Assembly: GCA_001001485.1 (NCBI GenBank) | Contig: LCKO01000005.1 | Coordinates: forward strand, 3,552-67,551 | DNA: 64,000 bases | DNA from: Candidatus Collierbacteria bacterium GW2011_GWB2_45_17 | GTDB lineage: Bacteria; Patescibacteriota; Microgenomatia; UBA1400; MFAQ01 | Direction of reading: 5' to 3' | Notes under the pieces: model-generated | What the model saw: the letters and a program-made list of their open reading frames with translations, nothing else | Told to the model about the DNA's origin: nothing | Database searches by the model: none | Shown here: in pieces, positions 19,664 to 29,882 of the stretch | Position numbering within the stretch: the stretch's first letter is position 1 | How the letters are laid out: each line of letters starts with the position of its first letter | Position numbers and translations under genes: made by a program

Positions 19664-19737
19664 TGGGTCAGCCGGGACTCGAACCCGGGACACCCTGCTT
19701 AAAAGGCAGGTGCTCTAACCGACTGAGCTACTGACCC
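19664..19737 (-). tRNA. tRNA-Lys(TTT)
   Basis: GGGTCAG acceptor; CCTGC-CTTTTAA-GCAGG. Confidence 0.95.
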
Positions 19738-19750
19738 ATCTTAATATTTT

Positions 19751-19860
19751 AATCGAACTCGCGACACTTCCGCAAAGCGGAATGCTCTAACCTCCGCCAG
19801 AGGCGGATCAGCCTTTGGCTAAGACTGAAGCTATCCTGTCCCGATCTATCGGGATGACCC
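19751..19860 (-). pseudogene. tRNA-like relic interrupted by palindromes
   Basis: Fragments collinear with the neighbouring tRNA-Lys (TCGAAC, GACAC, TGCTCTAACC, GACTGA-GCTA, TGACCC), separated by hairpins. Confidence 0.5.
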
Positions 19861-19943
19861 AACAAACCACGCTCATATTTTATCATTTTCTCTGGCTAAA
19901 ATAAAACCTCAATCGAACAGTTCTGGTTGTGTAGAATGTAGAT

Positions 19944-20414
19944 ATGAAGATTTTAGGCATCGATCCTGGAATAGGTAGGTTGGGGTGGGGGATAGTCAGC
20001 CATGATAAAGGGGTTGACAGCTATATTGATTCCGGTTGTTTTGAAACACAGGCTAACTCGGATCTGCCGGAAAGGCTCCTCAAAATCCACGACTTTATTC
20101 AAAACTTGATCAATCTTCATACTCCAGACGCTCTTGCCGTTGAATCCCTCTTCTTCGAAAAAAATGTCAAAACAGCTATCGATGTGGCCGCGGCCAGAGG
20201 TGTAATCTTACTGGTGGGTCAGCAATCAGGCTTGGCGATCTCCCAGTACACCCCCCTTCAAGTCAAGTCTTCTCTTACCGGCTATGGTCAAGCCGAAAAA
20301 AGCCAGGTGGAGTTTATGGTGGGCAAGATTCTTCATCTAAAAGAGAAAATTAAACCGGACGACGCCGCCGATGCAGTGGCCATTGCTCTCACCCACGCCT
20401 TTCGGGTTAGATAA
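19944..20414 (+). CDS. ruvC: Holliday junction resolvase RuvC
   Basis: ILGIDPG, AVESLFF, YTPLQVK, DDAADA. Confidence 0.95.
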   Translation: MKILGIDPGIGRLGWGIVSHDKGVDSYIDSGCFETQANSDLPERLLKIHDFIQNLINLHTPDALAVESLFFEKNVKTAIDVAAARGVILLVGQQSGLAISQYTPLQVKSSLTGYGQAEKSQVEFMVGKILHLKEKIKPDDAADAVAIALTHAFRVR

Positions 20415-20469
20415 TCAGATACCAGAAATAAAAAGACCCCGTCAAACGACAGGGTCAGGCGAAGATCTT

Positions 20470-20865
20470 TTAATTTGAGGATGAGGAGGACGATCGTGGC
20501 GCACAGACAACACCAATTACGGCGAAAACAAAACCAATTATGAGCGCCTGCCACCATAAAGCTCCTAAAATCCATGGTAGGACAAACAAACCGGATAAGT
20601 ACGACGTAACATACAAGCCTGTGTATTTGAAGATACCATCAATTACAAAGACAAGTACGCCACCGGTCAGAATAGATAGAGGTAGGGCAACCACTTGCAA
20701 CAAAAGGTTTACCAATATCAAGACCAGATCAACCAGGGCCATAATCAGAATCGCCCAGAAAGCAGCCCAGAGCAGAGATGCTCCAGGTACAATCGTGATC
20801 CAACCTAGTGCGCTAAAGCCTAACAAGGCTAGTACCGTGAAAATATACTTAGCAATACATCCCAT
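20470..20865 (-). CDS. Small membrane protein (holin 4-2/YvlD-like)
   Basis: 4 TM segments, LPLSILTGG motif; GGAGG SD. Confidence 0.65.
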   Translation of the reverse strand: MGCIAKYIFTVLALLGFSALGWITIVPGASLLWAAFWAILIMALVDLVLILVNLLLQVVALPLSILTGGVLVFVIDGIFKYTGLYVTSYLSGLFVLPWILGALWWQALIIGFVFAVIGVVCAPRSSSSSSN

Positions 20866-20996
20866 TTGTGCCTCCAGTATTTTATGGTGCGATTTATCTT
20901 ACAGGCCATATTGTACCAGAAAACAATTTGGAGTCAAATAAATGGTACCAGTAAAAAGCCCGAATAGTCAGCATGGGACCGTGTTAGAATGAAACC

Positions 20997-21554
20997 ATGA
21001 TCGGCTATCTTGAAGGCAAAATAAAGTATGCCAGCCAAGGCAAAGTAATTCTCTTTGTGAGCGGCATTGGCTTCACCGTTTTTATTCCCGGCAATTTATC
21101 CTTTTTGGAAAAAGATTCAGCCAAACTTTTTATTCACACTCATCTTCGGGAAGACAATCTTTCTCTCTTTGGTTTTACCGCTGTCACAGACCTAGATTTG
21201 TTTGAGCTTCTTATTTCGGTTTTCGGAGTCGGACCTAAAATTGGTTTGGCCATTTTAACCGCCACCGGATCGGAAAATGTAATTAAAGCTATTGAAACCA
21301 GCAATCTTGGCTTCTTTACCTCTATCACCGGCGTCGGCAAAAAAACCGCTCAAAAAATAATTCTCGATCTTAAATCAAAAGTCGGTCGAGGAGAGATCAA
21401 TCTAAAGAATCTTGAAGGATCATCCGAGATCATCGATTCTCTAATATCTCTTGGTTTCCAAAAACAAGAAATTGCTCCGATTATGGGAGAGATCGACAAC
21501 TCGCTTCCACTAGAATCTCAAATTAAATCTGCTCTAAAGTTACTTCACAAATGA
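20997..21554 (+). CDS. ruvA: RuvA
   Basis: MIGYLEG, LFGF, GVGPK, GVGKKTAQKI. Confidence 0.95.
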   Translation: MIGYLEGKIKYASQGKVILFVSGIGFTVFIPGNLSFLEKDSAKLFIHTHLREDNLSLFGFTAVTDLDLFELLISVFGVGPKIGLAILTATGSENVIKAIETSNLGFFTSITGVGKKTAQKIILDLKSKVGRGEINLKNLEGSSEIIDSLISLGFQKQEIAPIMGEIDNSLPLESQIKSALKLLHK

Positions 21555-22507
21555 TCAATCCTTCCGAATCCATCAGACCGTCCAACTGGCTTGATTTTGC
21601 CGGCCAACCGCAAGTCGTAAAGTCGCTCAAGATCGCCATTTCGGCGGCTAAGTCCCGAGAGGAACCCATGGAACATACCCTTCTTTATGGTCCACCGGGT
21701 TTAGGTAAAACCACACTGGCTCACATTATTGCTAATGAAATGGGAGTTAATTTGAAAATTACCTCCGGTCCGGCTCTTACTCGAGCCGGAGATCTAGCCT
21801 CGATACTGACGGCCCTGGAACCAGGCGACGTCCTTTTTATTGATGAAATCCACCGCTTAAACAAAACCGTCGAGGAAGCTCTTTATCCAGCCATGGAAGA
21901 TTACGCTATCGATATCATTTTAGGTAAGGGACCGGCGGCCAAAAACCTTCGTCTCGATCTCAATCCCTTTACCTTGGTGGGGGCCACCACTCAAGCCGGA
22001 AAAATAAGCTCTCCACTCAGAGATCGCTTTGGTATCGTGCATCGGCTTCGTTTTTACATTCCTGAAGAACTTCAAGGTATCATTCAAAACGCGGCTAAAA
22101 AATTGTCCTTAAAACTAAACGATGAATCGGCGCTGGAAATTGCCAAACGTTCCCGTGGTACTGCTCGCATTGCTTTGAAGCTTTTACGACGAGTGCGTGA
22201 CTACACCTTCGTCGAACACAACTCGGTTACTTCACCGAACAATATCAAAACCGCCCTCGATTTTTATCAAGTCGATCACGAAGGTTTGGATGAAACAGAC
22301 CGCAGACTTCTAAAGGCCATTATTGAGCAACATCAGGGAGGACCGGTCGGACTGGAAACTCTGACCGCCTTGATTTCCGAATCTCTTGAGACCATTACCG
22401 ATCTGTACGAACCGTATTTGCTTCAGTCAGGCTTTCTCGCCAAAACCAGTAAGGGTCGGGTCGCTACACCCAAGGCCTATGACCACCTAAAGATTTCTCA
22501 CGTATAA
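21551..22507 (+). CDS. ruvB: RuvB
   Basis: GPPGLGKTT, FIDEIHR, PLRDRFG, YEPYL. Confidence 0.96.
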   Translation: MINPSESIRPSNWLDFAGQPQVVKSLKIAISAAKSREEPMEHTLLYGPPGLGKTTLAHIIANEMGVNLKITSGPALTRAGDLASILTALEPGDVLFIDEIHRLNKTVEEALYPAMEDYAIDIILGKGPAAKNLRLDLNPFTLVGATTQAGKISSPLRDRFGIVHRLRFYIPEELQGIIQNAAKKLSLKLNDESALEIAKRSRGTARIALKLLRRVRDYTFVEHNSVTSPNNIKTALDFYQVDHEGLDETDRRLLKAIIEQHQGGPVGLETLTALISESLETITDLYEPYLLQSGFLAKTSKGRVATPKAYDHLKISHV

Positions 22508-22514
22508 TCGTTTT

Positions 22515-23648
22515 GTGCGCATTTTATCTATAATTATCAATCTATTTTTGTCCCTATCCCTGACGGGTAAAGTTCTGGCGATCTACGATCCTCTATCTGT
22601 CCCCAATAATAAAATTGGTATTCACCTGCTTTTTCCTGAAGAGCTGTCTCAGGCCGCCAAAATTATCAATCGACAGGGTGAAGCCGCCTGGGGTTATGTC
22701 ACCATTCCCATTCAAGCTAATGATCGAAATCTTCAAAAATGGCAAACCTTTCTCGATGAATGCGTCAAACAAAAAGTCATTCCGATTATCCGTATTGCTA
22801 CCGTCCCCGAGGGATCGAACTGGATCAAGCCAAACGACTACGACCTGATCGATTTTGCCAACTTCCTCAATGATCTAATTTGGCCGGTTCAGAATAGATA
22901 TCTCATTTTCTTTAACGAAGTCAATCATTCCAATGAATATGGCGGAACTCTTAGTCCCGAAAACTATGCCGATATTCTGGATAACGCCATCAATATCTTT
23001 AAAACAAGATCGGAAGACTTTTTTATTCTTCCGGCCGGTCTGGACAACGCCGCCACCGATCGGAGAAATTCTATCGATTGGAAAACCTATCTCGCTCGTA
23101 TGTTTCAGCACAAACCAGATATTTTTAACCGACTGGATGGCTGGACTTCCCACGCTTACGCCAACCCAGACTTCACGGTAAGGCCTGACTTATCCGGCAG
23201 TAACAAAATCGACTCCTTCAAATACGATCTTCAGTATCTTAGAAATTTTACCCAGAAGAAATTACCGGTCTTCATCACCGAAACCGGTTGGTCGAACAAA
23301 TACCTCTCCGACCACCAGATAGCCCTTTACTATCAATATGCGTTCTCACAAGCCTGGTCAGATCCCTCTATTGTGGCCGTCACCCCTTTCCTCTTAAACG
23401 CTCAAGACGGTCCCTTCCAAAAGTTTAGTTTTTTAGACAACAATCAAAAAGAAAAAGAGTTTTCTGCCACTCTTTCCGTGCTGGCTCAAAAAGGAGAACC
23501 GCTACTGACTACCGAAATTCCTCAGTTTGATATGGCCAAATCATCGATCGGAACTACGCAGGAGCTGATCGGGGACCAGATAAATTTATTTATCAGTTTA
23601 GAAAAACTCTACCATAATCTTGTGCTATATATTAATCAGATTCAATGA
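22515..23648 (+). CDS. Secreted clan GH-A-like glycoside hydrolase
   Basis: Signal peptide; FNEVN acid/base motif; HAY; FITETGW nucleophile motif. Confidence 0.7.
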   Translation: MRILSIIINLFLSLSLTGKVLAIYDPLSVPNNKIGIHLLFPEELSQAAKIINRQGEAAWGYVTIPIQANDRNLQKWQTFLDECVKQKVIPIIRIATVPEGSNWIKPNDYDLIDFANFLNDLIWPVQNRYLIFFNEVNHSNEYGGTLSPENYADILDNAINIFKTRSEDFFILPAGLDNAATDRRNSIDWKTYLARMFQHKPDIFNRLDGWTSHAYANPDFTVRPDLSGSNKIDSFKYDLQYLRNFTQKKLPVFITETGWSNKYLSDHQIALYYQYAFSQAWSDPSIVAVTPFLLNAQDGPFQKFSFLDNNQKEKEFSATLSVLAQKGEPLLTTEIPQFDMAKSSIGTTQELIGDQINLFISLEKLYHNLVLYINQIQ

Positions 23649-24331
23649 TCACTCTCATTCACGGAGAAGACACTCTTAGTTCCTACAAACGGCTCACTGA
23701 GCTAATCGAAGTCTCCAAAACGGCTCAGCTAGAGATCGTGGTCAAAGACGCCTCCGAGCTTGATTTGGCTCAACTGCGTCAAGATACCAGCATCGTCAAT
23801 TTATTTGGCGTCAAAAATTGTTTGGTTATCAAGAATTTACTGGGAGGGACTAAGTCCAAAACCAAAGACGCTCTGATCCAATCTATCGTCACAGGTTCCG
23901 AGTCAGAGATTATTCTTTACGAATCCAAAAAACTCACCGAGGCCGTCTTAAAACCATTTTCCAAAGCCAAGATCGAAGCCTTCAATATCAATCCGGTCAT
24001 TTTCAAATTTTTGGACTCTCTTCTCCCCGAAAATACTCAGGTGATTCTCTCAGGTTGGAATAAATTAATCGAACTCGGTCATGAGCCCGAATACGTTTTT
24101 GCCATGCTCGTCCGTCAAGTTCGTCTACTGATCCAAGCCAAATCCGGCGCCTCGTATCTAAAACTTTCTCCTTACCCTAAAAAACTTATCACTTCCCAGG
24201 CAACCTTCTTTACTCTAAACCAACTACTTGATCTACATAACCGACTCTATCAGATCGACAAGAGGGTTAAGACCGGTCTCTCGTCCCTGCCTCTAGAACA
24301 GCTTCTCTTGCAATTCTTCTATAGCATTTAG
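23645..24331 (+). CDS. holA: DNA polymerase III delta subunit-like
   Basis: MITLIHGED..., IFKFLD, RQVRLL, IDKRVKTG. Confidence 0.75.
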   Translation: MITLIHGEDTLSSYKRLTELIEVSKTAQLEIVVKDASELDLAQLRQDTSIVNLFGVKNCLVIKNLLGGTKSKTKDALIQSIVTGSESEIILYESKKLTEAVLKPFSKAKIEAFNINPVIFKFLDSLLPENTQVILSGWNKLIELGHEPEYVFAMLVRQVRLLIQAKSGASYLKLSPYPKKLITSQATFFTLNQLLDLHNRLYQIDKRVKTGLSSLPLEQLLLQFFYSI

Positions 24332-24369
24332 TACAATACGCAGGTACGTTCATATCTCAAGGAGGCATC

Positions 24370-24705
24370 ATGACGTCGGTTCTAAGTCAAAAAATTGCTC
24401 AATTACGGTCTGGGGATGAAATCATCATCTTAAAAGGTGAGGGTTATCTACCGGTTTTCGAAGAAACCGAAGCTATTATTGCCTTTGTGGATGGTGGATC
24501 CGCCATCTGTAATGACGGCACTTGTATCTCTGAGAATTGCATCAGCGACTTGATTCCTACCGGTCGGCGCTATGAAACCTACAAAGTGAATGGCGAGGCT
24601 ATGCGACTTTGGGGTTTAGTCCTTGCCGCTCGTAAAGAAGCTCTTGATCGCGACCTCGAACCGGATTGGAGTGTGCCTGTTTCTTTTCCTACCGAGCCTG
24701 AATAG
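24370..24705 (+). CDS. Hypothetical protein
   Basis: AAGGAGG SD; hairpin plus U-tract terminator at 24716-24742. Confidence 0.65.
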   Translation: MTSVLSQKIAQLRSGDEIIILKGEGYLPVFEETEAIIAFVDGGSAICNDGTCISENCISDLIPTGRRYETYKVNGEAMRLWGLVLAARKEALDRDLEPDWSVPVSFPTEPE

Positions 24706-24859
24706 TCTCATTTTAGCCCCGATTAACACCCGGGGCTTTTTATATGCTATAATAAACCCATCATTGTTCTTAGGTAGGGCTGTTAGCCCTGAGGTAGACT
24801 CGATCTCGATTGTCTAGCTTTTATTTTCCAGAGGACAATCGGGGAATTCCCCAACAAAT

Positions 24860-26065
24860 ATGTTTAATTCACGCCCGTCCTATGGCCGGAGGCCCGTTAA
24901 TCGTGGTTTCAGACCTGCCGGCAACAGTTTTCAACGTCCTGCCCGCCGTGGCGGGAATCGGTTTATGCCCAAAGCCCTCGATCAGAGATTCTTTATTTGC
25001 GCCGCTACCCCGCCAACCGAGTCAGAATCGGTTATCAATCATACTTTTGCTGACTTCGATCTTCATACTCAGGTTCACGTCAACATTGCCAACAAGGGGA
25101 TGATCACCCCCACACAGATCCAAGATCAAGCCTTGGAGCACGCCCTTAACGGTAAAGATATTATTGGTCTGGCCGACACTGGTACCGGTAAAACAGCCGC
25201 ATTCGCTCTACCTATAATTCAAAAACTACTGGCCAACCCTCACGAAACTTGTCTAATTGTGGCTCCCACTCGTGAGTTGGCCATTCAGATTCGAGATGAA
25301 ATTCGGGCTCTTGCCACCAACCTACCGATTTATTCCTGTGTCCTCATTGGCGGTTCCGATATTCGTCGACAATTGGAGGATCTCAAACGCCGCCCACATG
25401 TTTATATTGGCACTCCGGGTAGGCTCAGAGATCTTTATAATCGGCGTGCCTTAAATCTTCAAAATACTCGTACCGTCGTTCTGGACGAGGTCGATCGCAT
25501 GCTCGATATGGGTTTTATCAAAGAAATCACTGAACTAATGTCTTTTCTACCCAAAGAAAGACAAACTTTGCTATTTTCAGCTACTTTGGATCAAAAGGTC
25601 GAAGACATTGCTCGTAGATTTCTAACGAATCCCCTAAAGATCTCCGTCAAAAACGGTCCTACCTCTCACAACGTCGACCAAAATATCATCCGCACTCACG
25701 GTAATAAGATGGAGGTTTTAAGTGATCTGCTTCGAAAACAAGAGTTCAAAAAGGTCTTGATCTTTGGTCGAACCAAGTTTGGGGTCGAAAAAATTTCAAT
25801 CGCTTTGCAAAAAGCCGGTTTTCCGGCCGATGCTATCCATGGAGACAAGCGTCAAAACCAGCGAGAAAATGTCCTTCGAAGGTTTCGAGCCGATCAAATT
25901 CGGATATTAATTGCCACTGACGTCGCCGCCAGAGGCATCGATGTTAAAGACATCTCTCACGTCATCAACTACGACGCTCCGGCCACCCTAGACGACTACA
26001 CCCACCGTATCGGGCGTACCGGCCGTGCCGGCAAAATGGGGACTGCCCTCACCTTCGTCGAATAA
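24860..26065 (+). CDS. DEAD-box RNA helicase (DEVD variant)
   Basis: Q motif, TGTGKT, PTRELA, DEVD, SAT, HRIGRTGR. Confidence 0.93.
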   Translation: MFNSRPSYGRRPVNRGFRPAGNSFQRPARRGGNRFMPKALDQRFFICAATPPTESESVINHTFADFDLHTQVHVNIANKGMITPTQIQDQALEHALNGKDIIGLADTGTGKTAAFALPIIQKLLANPHETCLIVAPTRELAIQIRDEIRALATNLPIYSCVLIGGSDIRRQLEDLKRRPHVYIGTPGRLRDLYNRRALNLQNTRTVVLDEVDRMLDMGFIKEITELMSFLPKERQTLLFSATLDQKVEDIARRFLTNPLKISVKNGPTSHNVDQNIIRTHGNKMEVLSDLLRKQEFKKVLIFGRTKFGVEKISIALQKAGFPADAIHGDKRQNQRENVLRRFRADQIRILIATDVAARGIDVKDISHVINYDAPATLDDYTHRIGRTGRAGKMGTALTFVE

Positions 26066-26077
26066 GCTTACATACAA

Positions 26078-26092
26078 GTGTTTTATATACAC
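26078..26092. promoter_or_regulatory. NrtR operator upstream of pncB
   Basis: GTGT-TTTATAT-ACAC, followed by extended -10 TGGTATAAT. Confidence 0.75.
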
Positions 26093-26166
26093 TATGTGGT
26101 ATAATACCCCCTAGTAATAGTACGCACCCTAAAAATCTGAGAACAGTCCCACAATCGGAGGCACAA

Positions 26167-27366
26167 ATGACGTTGAAAAAAACACGTTACACCACTGATG
26201 GCTACAAGTTATCGGTAGGATATATTCTTTGGTGGCTGAACATGGTAATGGGAATGAAAATTCAAGGCCGATATATGTTTGTAGATCGCAACGGAACCCA
26301 TTATCCCGATGGATTTGCAGATCGACTTAAAGATAAATTTGTCGAGAACGAAGAGTTACCTGCTCGTCCAGAAATTGCGTCATATCTTGCCGAAAAATAT
26401 CCCTTTTTACCAGATGAATACATTAAATGGTACGACAGAGTCTTCTATTTCGATAGCAGTCAAATAGACCTCAGTCAAAAGGGTGGAGACCTTCGAATTT
26501 TTTACGAAGGTCCAATTCACACCGTCAAACATCACGAAATTATTTCACTATTTGATATTTCGAACTTGACTACTAAGGTGTTTGGTTACAAGCCGGAATC
26601 AAATTGGCAAGATCGAATTCATCACGACGCCAAAGCTCTCAAAGAAAAAGGCGTGACCCACTCTCACGGCGGAGGCCGAAGAGCCTTGTCTCGAGATCAC
26701 CACGATGAAGTTCTTGGTATCCTTCAAAAGTATAAAAAGGGAGTGGGGGATAAAGGTGGATTTTTTGGCGAGTCTTTCATTGACATGGCCTGGGCACACG
26801 GTCTCCCCATCATGGGTACCATGGGGCACGAATACCCCATGACTTGCGCAGGTGTCTGGGGTGTAGAAAATGCGAATAAAAAAGCTAGAGAAATTTGGCT
26901 CAATATGTATGGCAAGAACTTGGGCTATTGGTTAGACGATACCTGGGGGACAGAATGGTCAGATATGGACATGACCAAAGACGAAGCTCGGAAATTCAAA
27001 GGATCTCGTCATGACTCATGGCCGTTTGAATGGTATGTTGACCAAAAGTTAGGTATGTATAAGCGATTGGGTATTGATAGCCGTGAAAAGGAAATAATTA
27101 CCAGCGAAGGTATGAAAACCTTGAAAGACATAATTCATACAGTCGAGTACCGAGCCGGTGAATTTAAATCAGCTGCGTTACTTGGCAAGTATTGGTCAAA
27201 TCCTTTCGCATACAACATTGTCAACAAGTTGGTCGCTGTAAAAGTTGGTGACGGACCATGGAAAGACGTTTGTAAGATCTCCAACGATATGTCCAAAGCC
27301 ATTGGTAAACCAGAAGTCATTAAGGAAGTTCTGGAGATAAGAGCCAAGGCAATGGCAAATAAATAA
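26167..27366 (+). CDS. pncB: Nicotinate phosphoribosyltransferase (divergent)
   Basis: TDGYKL, GGGRR (usually FGTRR), MGTMGHE phospho-His, RHDS, KISND..K. Confidence 0.8.
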   Translation: MTLKKTRYTTDGYKLSVGYILWWLNMVMGMKIQGRYMFVDRNGTHYPDGFADRLKDKFVENEELPARPEIASYLAEKYPFLPDEYIKWYDRVFYFDSSQIDLSQKGGDLRIFYEGPIHTVKHHEIISLFDISNLTTKVFGYKPESNWQDRIHHDAKALKEKGVTHSHGGGRRALSRDHHDEVLGILQKYKKGVGDKGGFFGESFIDMAWAHGLPIMGTMGHEYPMTCAGVWGVENANKKAREIWLNMYGKNLGYWLDDTWGTEWSDMDMTKDEARKFKGSRHDSWPFEWYVDQKLGMYKRLGIDSREKEIITSEGMKTLKDIIHTVEYRAGEFKSAALLGKYWSNPFAYNIVNKLVAVKVGDGPWKDVCKISNDMSKAIGKPEVIKEVLEIRAKAMANK

Positions 27367-27375
27367 ATACTAAAC

Positions 27376-27401
27376 ACACCCTCTTAATCGAGGGTGTTTT
27401 A
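27376..27401 (+). terminator. Intrinsic terminator after pncB
   Basis: ACACCCTC-TTAATC-GAGGGTGT followed by a T run. Confidence 0.65.
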
Positions 27402-27420
27402 TTATTGCTATACTGAATTA

Positions 27421-28827
27421 ATGCAGTTAAATCCGTATATTTTTCGTGGCTATGACATACGTGGTTTGGTCGGGAAAGATCTAAACAAGGAAATTTATTA
27501 CCTACTTGGTAGGGGATACGCTACTTTTCTGGTCGAAAGGAAAATAAAATTATGCCCGGTCGGTCGGGACAATCGAGCCACCAGCAAGTCTTATTCCAAA
27601 TACTTCATTAAGGGTCTAAACGATGGCGGCATCGATACGATAGACCTCGGGCTTTCTCTCAGTCAAATCGTCTACTTCTCCTCATACCACTACCTCACCA
27701 AGGCCTGTGCTATCATCACCGCTTCTCACAACACCAAAGAGTTTAATGGTCTAAAACTGGGTAAGAGCTACTCTGAAACTCTGGCTTTGAATGAAATCCA
27801 GGAAATAAAACAAATTATTGACGCGAAAAGATTTTCGGTAGGCCATGGTATAAACTCCAAGAAAAATGTTTTTCCCGGTTATCTGAAACACATAGAAGGT
27901 TACTTCAAACTTGGACGAAAATGGAAGATCGTCATTGACACTCTCAATAATACGTCTGGGAAATTTTATCCAAAACTTTTTCGTCGAGCTGGCTGTCGAG
28001 TCACTCACCAAAATCCTTGGTTATTCAGCTCCTTCCCCAACGGCACCGACCCTACCGATATCCACGTTTTGAATAACTTGTCTAAAAGAGTAGTTCAGGA
28101 AAAAGCCGACTTGGGTTTTGCTTTTGATGCCGATGGCGATCGGATGTCTGTCGTCGACGGTACCGGCAAAATTCATTGGATGGACACGATCACCGCCATT
28201 TTTGCCGTCGATGTCCTTGAAAACATTCCCGGCGCTACCATCATCTTCAACAATCTCTGTTCTCGAGCAGTTCCGGATACCATTCAAAAACTTGGTGGAC
28301 ATCCGTTGATGTGGAAAACCGGACACTCATATATCAAAGCCAAAATCAGACAAACCGGTGCCTTGCTTGGAGGAGAACTTTCCGGACACGTTTTCTTTAT
28401 GGACAATTTTTTTGGTCACGACGACGCCGCTTACGCCTGCTTAAGACTACTATCATTTTTAGAAAAACACCACGAAACCTTAGCCGACGCCTGTTCGTCG
28501 ATTGAAACCCATATTAGTAGTCCTGAAATAAAACTGGGAGTACCGGACAATCTCAAGTTTGACCTGGTGGAGAATCGGATTAGGCACGACTTGGTCGCTA
28601 CCTGGCCAGAAGCCAAGGCTATTGATATTGACGGCATTAGGCTTGATACAGAGAAAGTCATGGTGGTGGTTCGAGCCTCTCAAAACGGTCCTTATATCAC
28701 CGTTAGATTTGAAGGAACCGATCAAAAGCTTTACAATGAAACCAAAGATAAATTAAATAATTTACTCAGGCAACACCTCGAAATTGATTGGACAGACACC
28801 ATCAACGGTTACGCCCTAACATCATGA
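27421..28827 (+). CDS. Phosphomannomutase/phosphoglucomutase
   Basis: FRGYDIRG, ITASHN, FDADGDR, GELSGH. Confidence 0.92.
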   Translation: MQLNPYIFRGYDIRGLVGKDLNKEIYYLLGRGYATFLVERKIKLCPVGRDNRATSKSYSKYFIKGLNDGGIDTIDLGLSLSQIVYFSSYHYLTKACAIITASHNTKEFNGLKLGKSYSETLALNEIQEIKQIIDAKRFSVGHGINSKKNVFPGYLKHIEGYFKLGRKWKIVIDTLNNTSGKFYPKLFRRAGCRVTHQNPWLFSSFPNGTDPTDIHVLNNLSKRVVQEKADLGFAFDADGDRMSVVDGTGKIHWMDTITAIFAVDVLENIPGATIIFNNLCSRAVPDTIQKLGGHPLMWKTGHSYIKAKIRQTGALLGGELSGHVFFMDNFFGHDDAAYACLRLLSFLEKHHETLADACSSIETHISSPEIKLGVPDNLKFDLVENRIRHDLVATWPEAKAIDIDGIRLDTEKVMVVVRASQNGPYITVRFEGTDQKLYNETKDKLNNLLRQHLEIDWTDTINGYALTS

Positions 28828-29882
28828 ACATTCTGGACAATTCAAAAAACTACCGGCAAATCGACGATAGTGATCTCTACGGATCCTTAACCAAAGTTGG
28901 TCGTCAATTTGAGTCCGGCTGGACGGTAGCTCAGTTTGTCAGTCTAAACTTTGAAACGAGCAAAATCAAAAATATTGTTTTTGTTGGCATGGGTGCCAGC
29001 AATCTTTCTGCTTACATCGCCCACTCTCTCGCCCCATTTCTTCTCAATGTCCCCTTTGAAATCGTCAGTAACTATAGACTTCCTGCCTACTCCGACAAAA
29101 GCACCTTAGTCATTCTTTCCAGTTATTCAGGCAATATCGAAGAAGTTCTGTCCTGCGCCTCGGACGCCAAAATGAGGAGCTGTTACATAGTCGTCATCAC
29201 CTCCGGAGGTAAGATGGCTAGTTTAGCCGAGACCGAACACTACCCCCTGATACGATTGGATGAAAAATTTAATCCTTCGCACTGTCCCAGAGCCGGTCTG
29301 GGCCTATCTTTAGGAGGAGTTATTGGTTTATTACTCCGGCTAAATCCACCATCTCAAAAACACTTTGACGTCAAAGAAATTATTCGTACCATCGAACGTG
29401 TTCTAGACATGGTGAGCATCTACAAAGACATCGCCGAAAATCCGGCCAAGACCCTCGCCGCCAAACACAAAGGACAGGGTATTATTATTTTTAGTGCCAA
29501 CCATCTCGAAGGAGTCGGTCGGTCAACAGCCAACTTTCTTAACGAATCGGCTAAAACGATGGCGGAAAACTTCAGCTTTCCGGACTTAAATCATCATCTC
29601 TTGGAAGGATTTTTATACCCTCAGGGGTTGAAAGATCAATCCAGCATCATCATCCTCAACTCTTCTCTCTATCCGGAAGTCCTTCAAAAGAAAATAGTCT
29701 TAACTAAGGATATTCTTCTTCAACAAAAGTATCGGGTCACTGTCATCAAGCCGGAAACTTCGGATCCGGTTCTCCAAGTTTTTGAGTCACTGGTCTTTTT
29801 GATTTCTTTTAGTTATTATTTAAGTATCGTTAACAAAGTAAACCCAGCCACCAATCTCTGGGTAGACTACTTTAAAACATGA
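28824..29882 (+). CDS. Bifunctional phosphoglucose/phosphomannose isomerase-like SIS protein
   Basis: GMGAS, SYSGN.EE, TSGG, NESAK, LNHH. Confidence 0.8.
   Translation: MNILDNSKNYRQIDDSDLYGSLTKVGRQFESGWTVAQFVSLNFETSKIKNIVFVGMGASNLSAYIAHSLAPFLLNVPFEIVSNYRLPAYSDKSTLVILSSYSGNIEEVLSCASDAKMRSCYIVVITSGGKMASLAETEHYPLIRLDEKFNPSHCPRAGLGLSLGGVIGLLLRLNPPSQKHFDVKEIIRTIERVLDMVSIYKDIAENPAKTLAAKHKGQGIIIFSANHLEGVGRSTANFLNESAKTMAENFSFPDLNHHLLEGFLYPQGLKDQSSIIILNSSLYPEVLQKKIVLTKDILLQQKYRVTVIKPETSDPVLQVFESLVFLISFSYYLSIVNKVNPATNLWVDYFKT

Noticed and set aside
20470-20865. Prophage suggested by holin-like genes (also 45366-45779)
   Set aside because: YvlD-type membrane proteins are common chromosomal genes, and there are no phage structural or lysis genes in the window
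20540-20941. Plus-strand ORF opposite 20470-20865, and other short antisense or nested ORFs in the track
   Set aside because: Shadow ORFs of better-supported genes; the minus-strand gene has a promoter, an SD and a TM pattern
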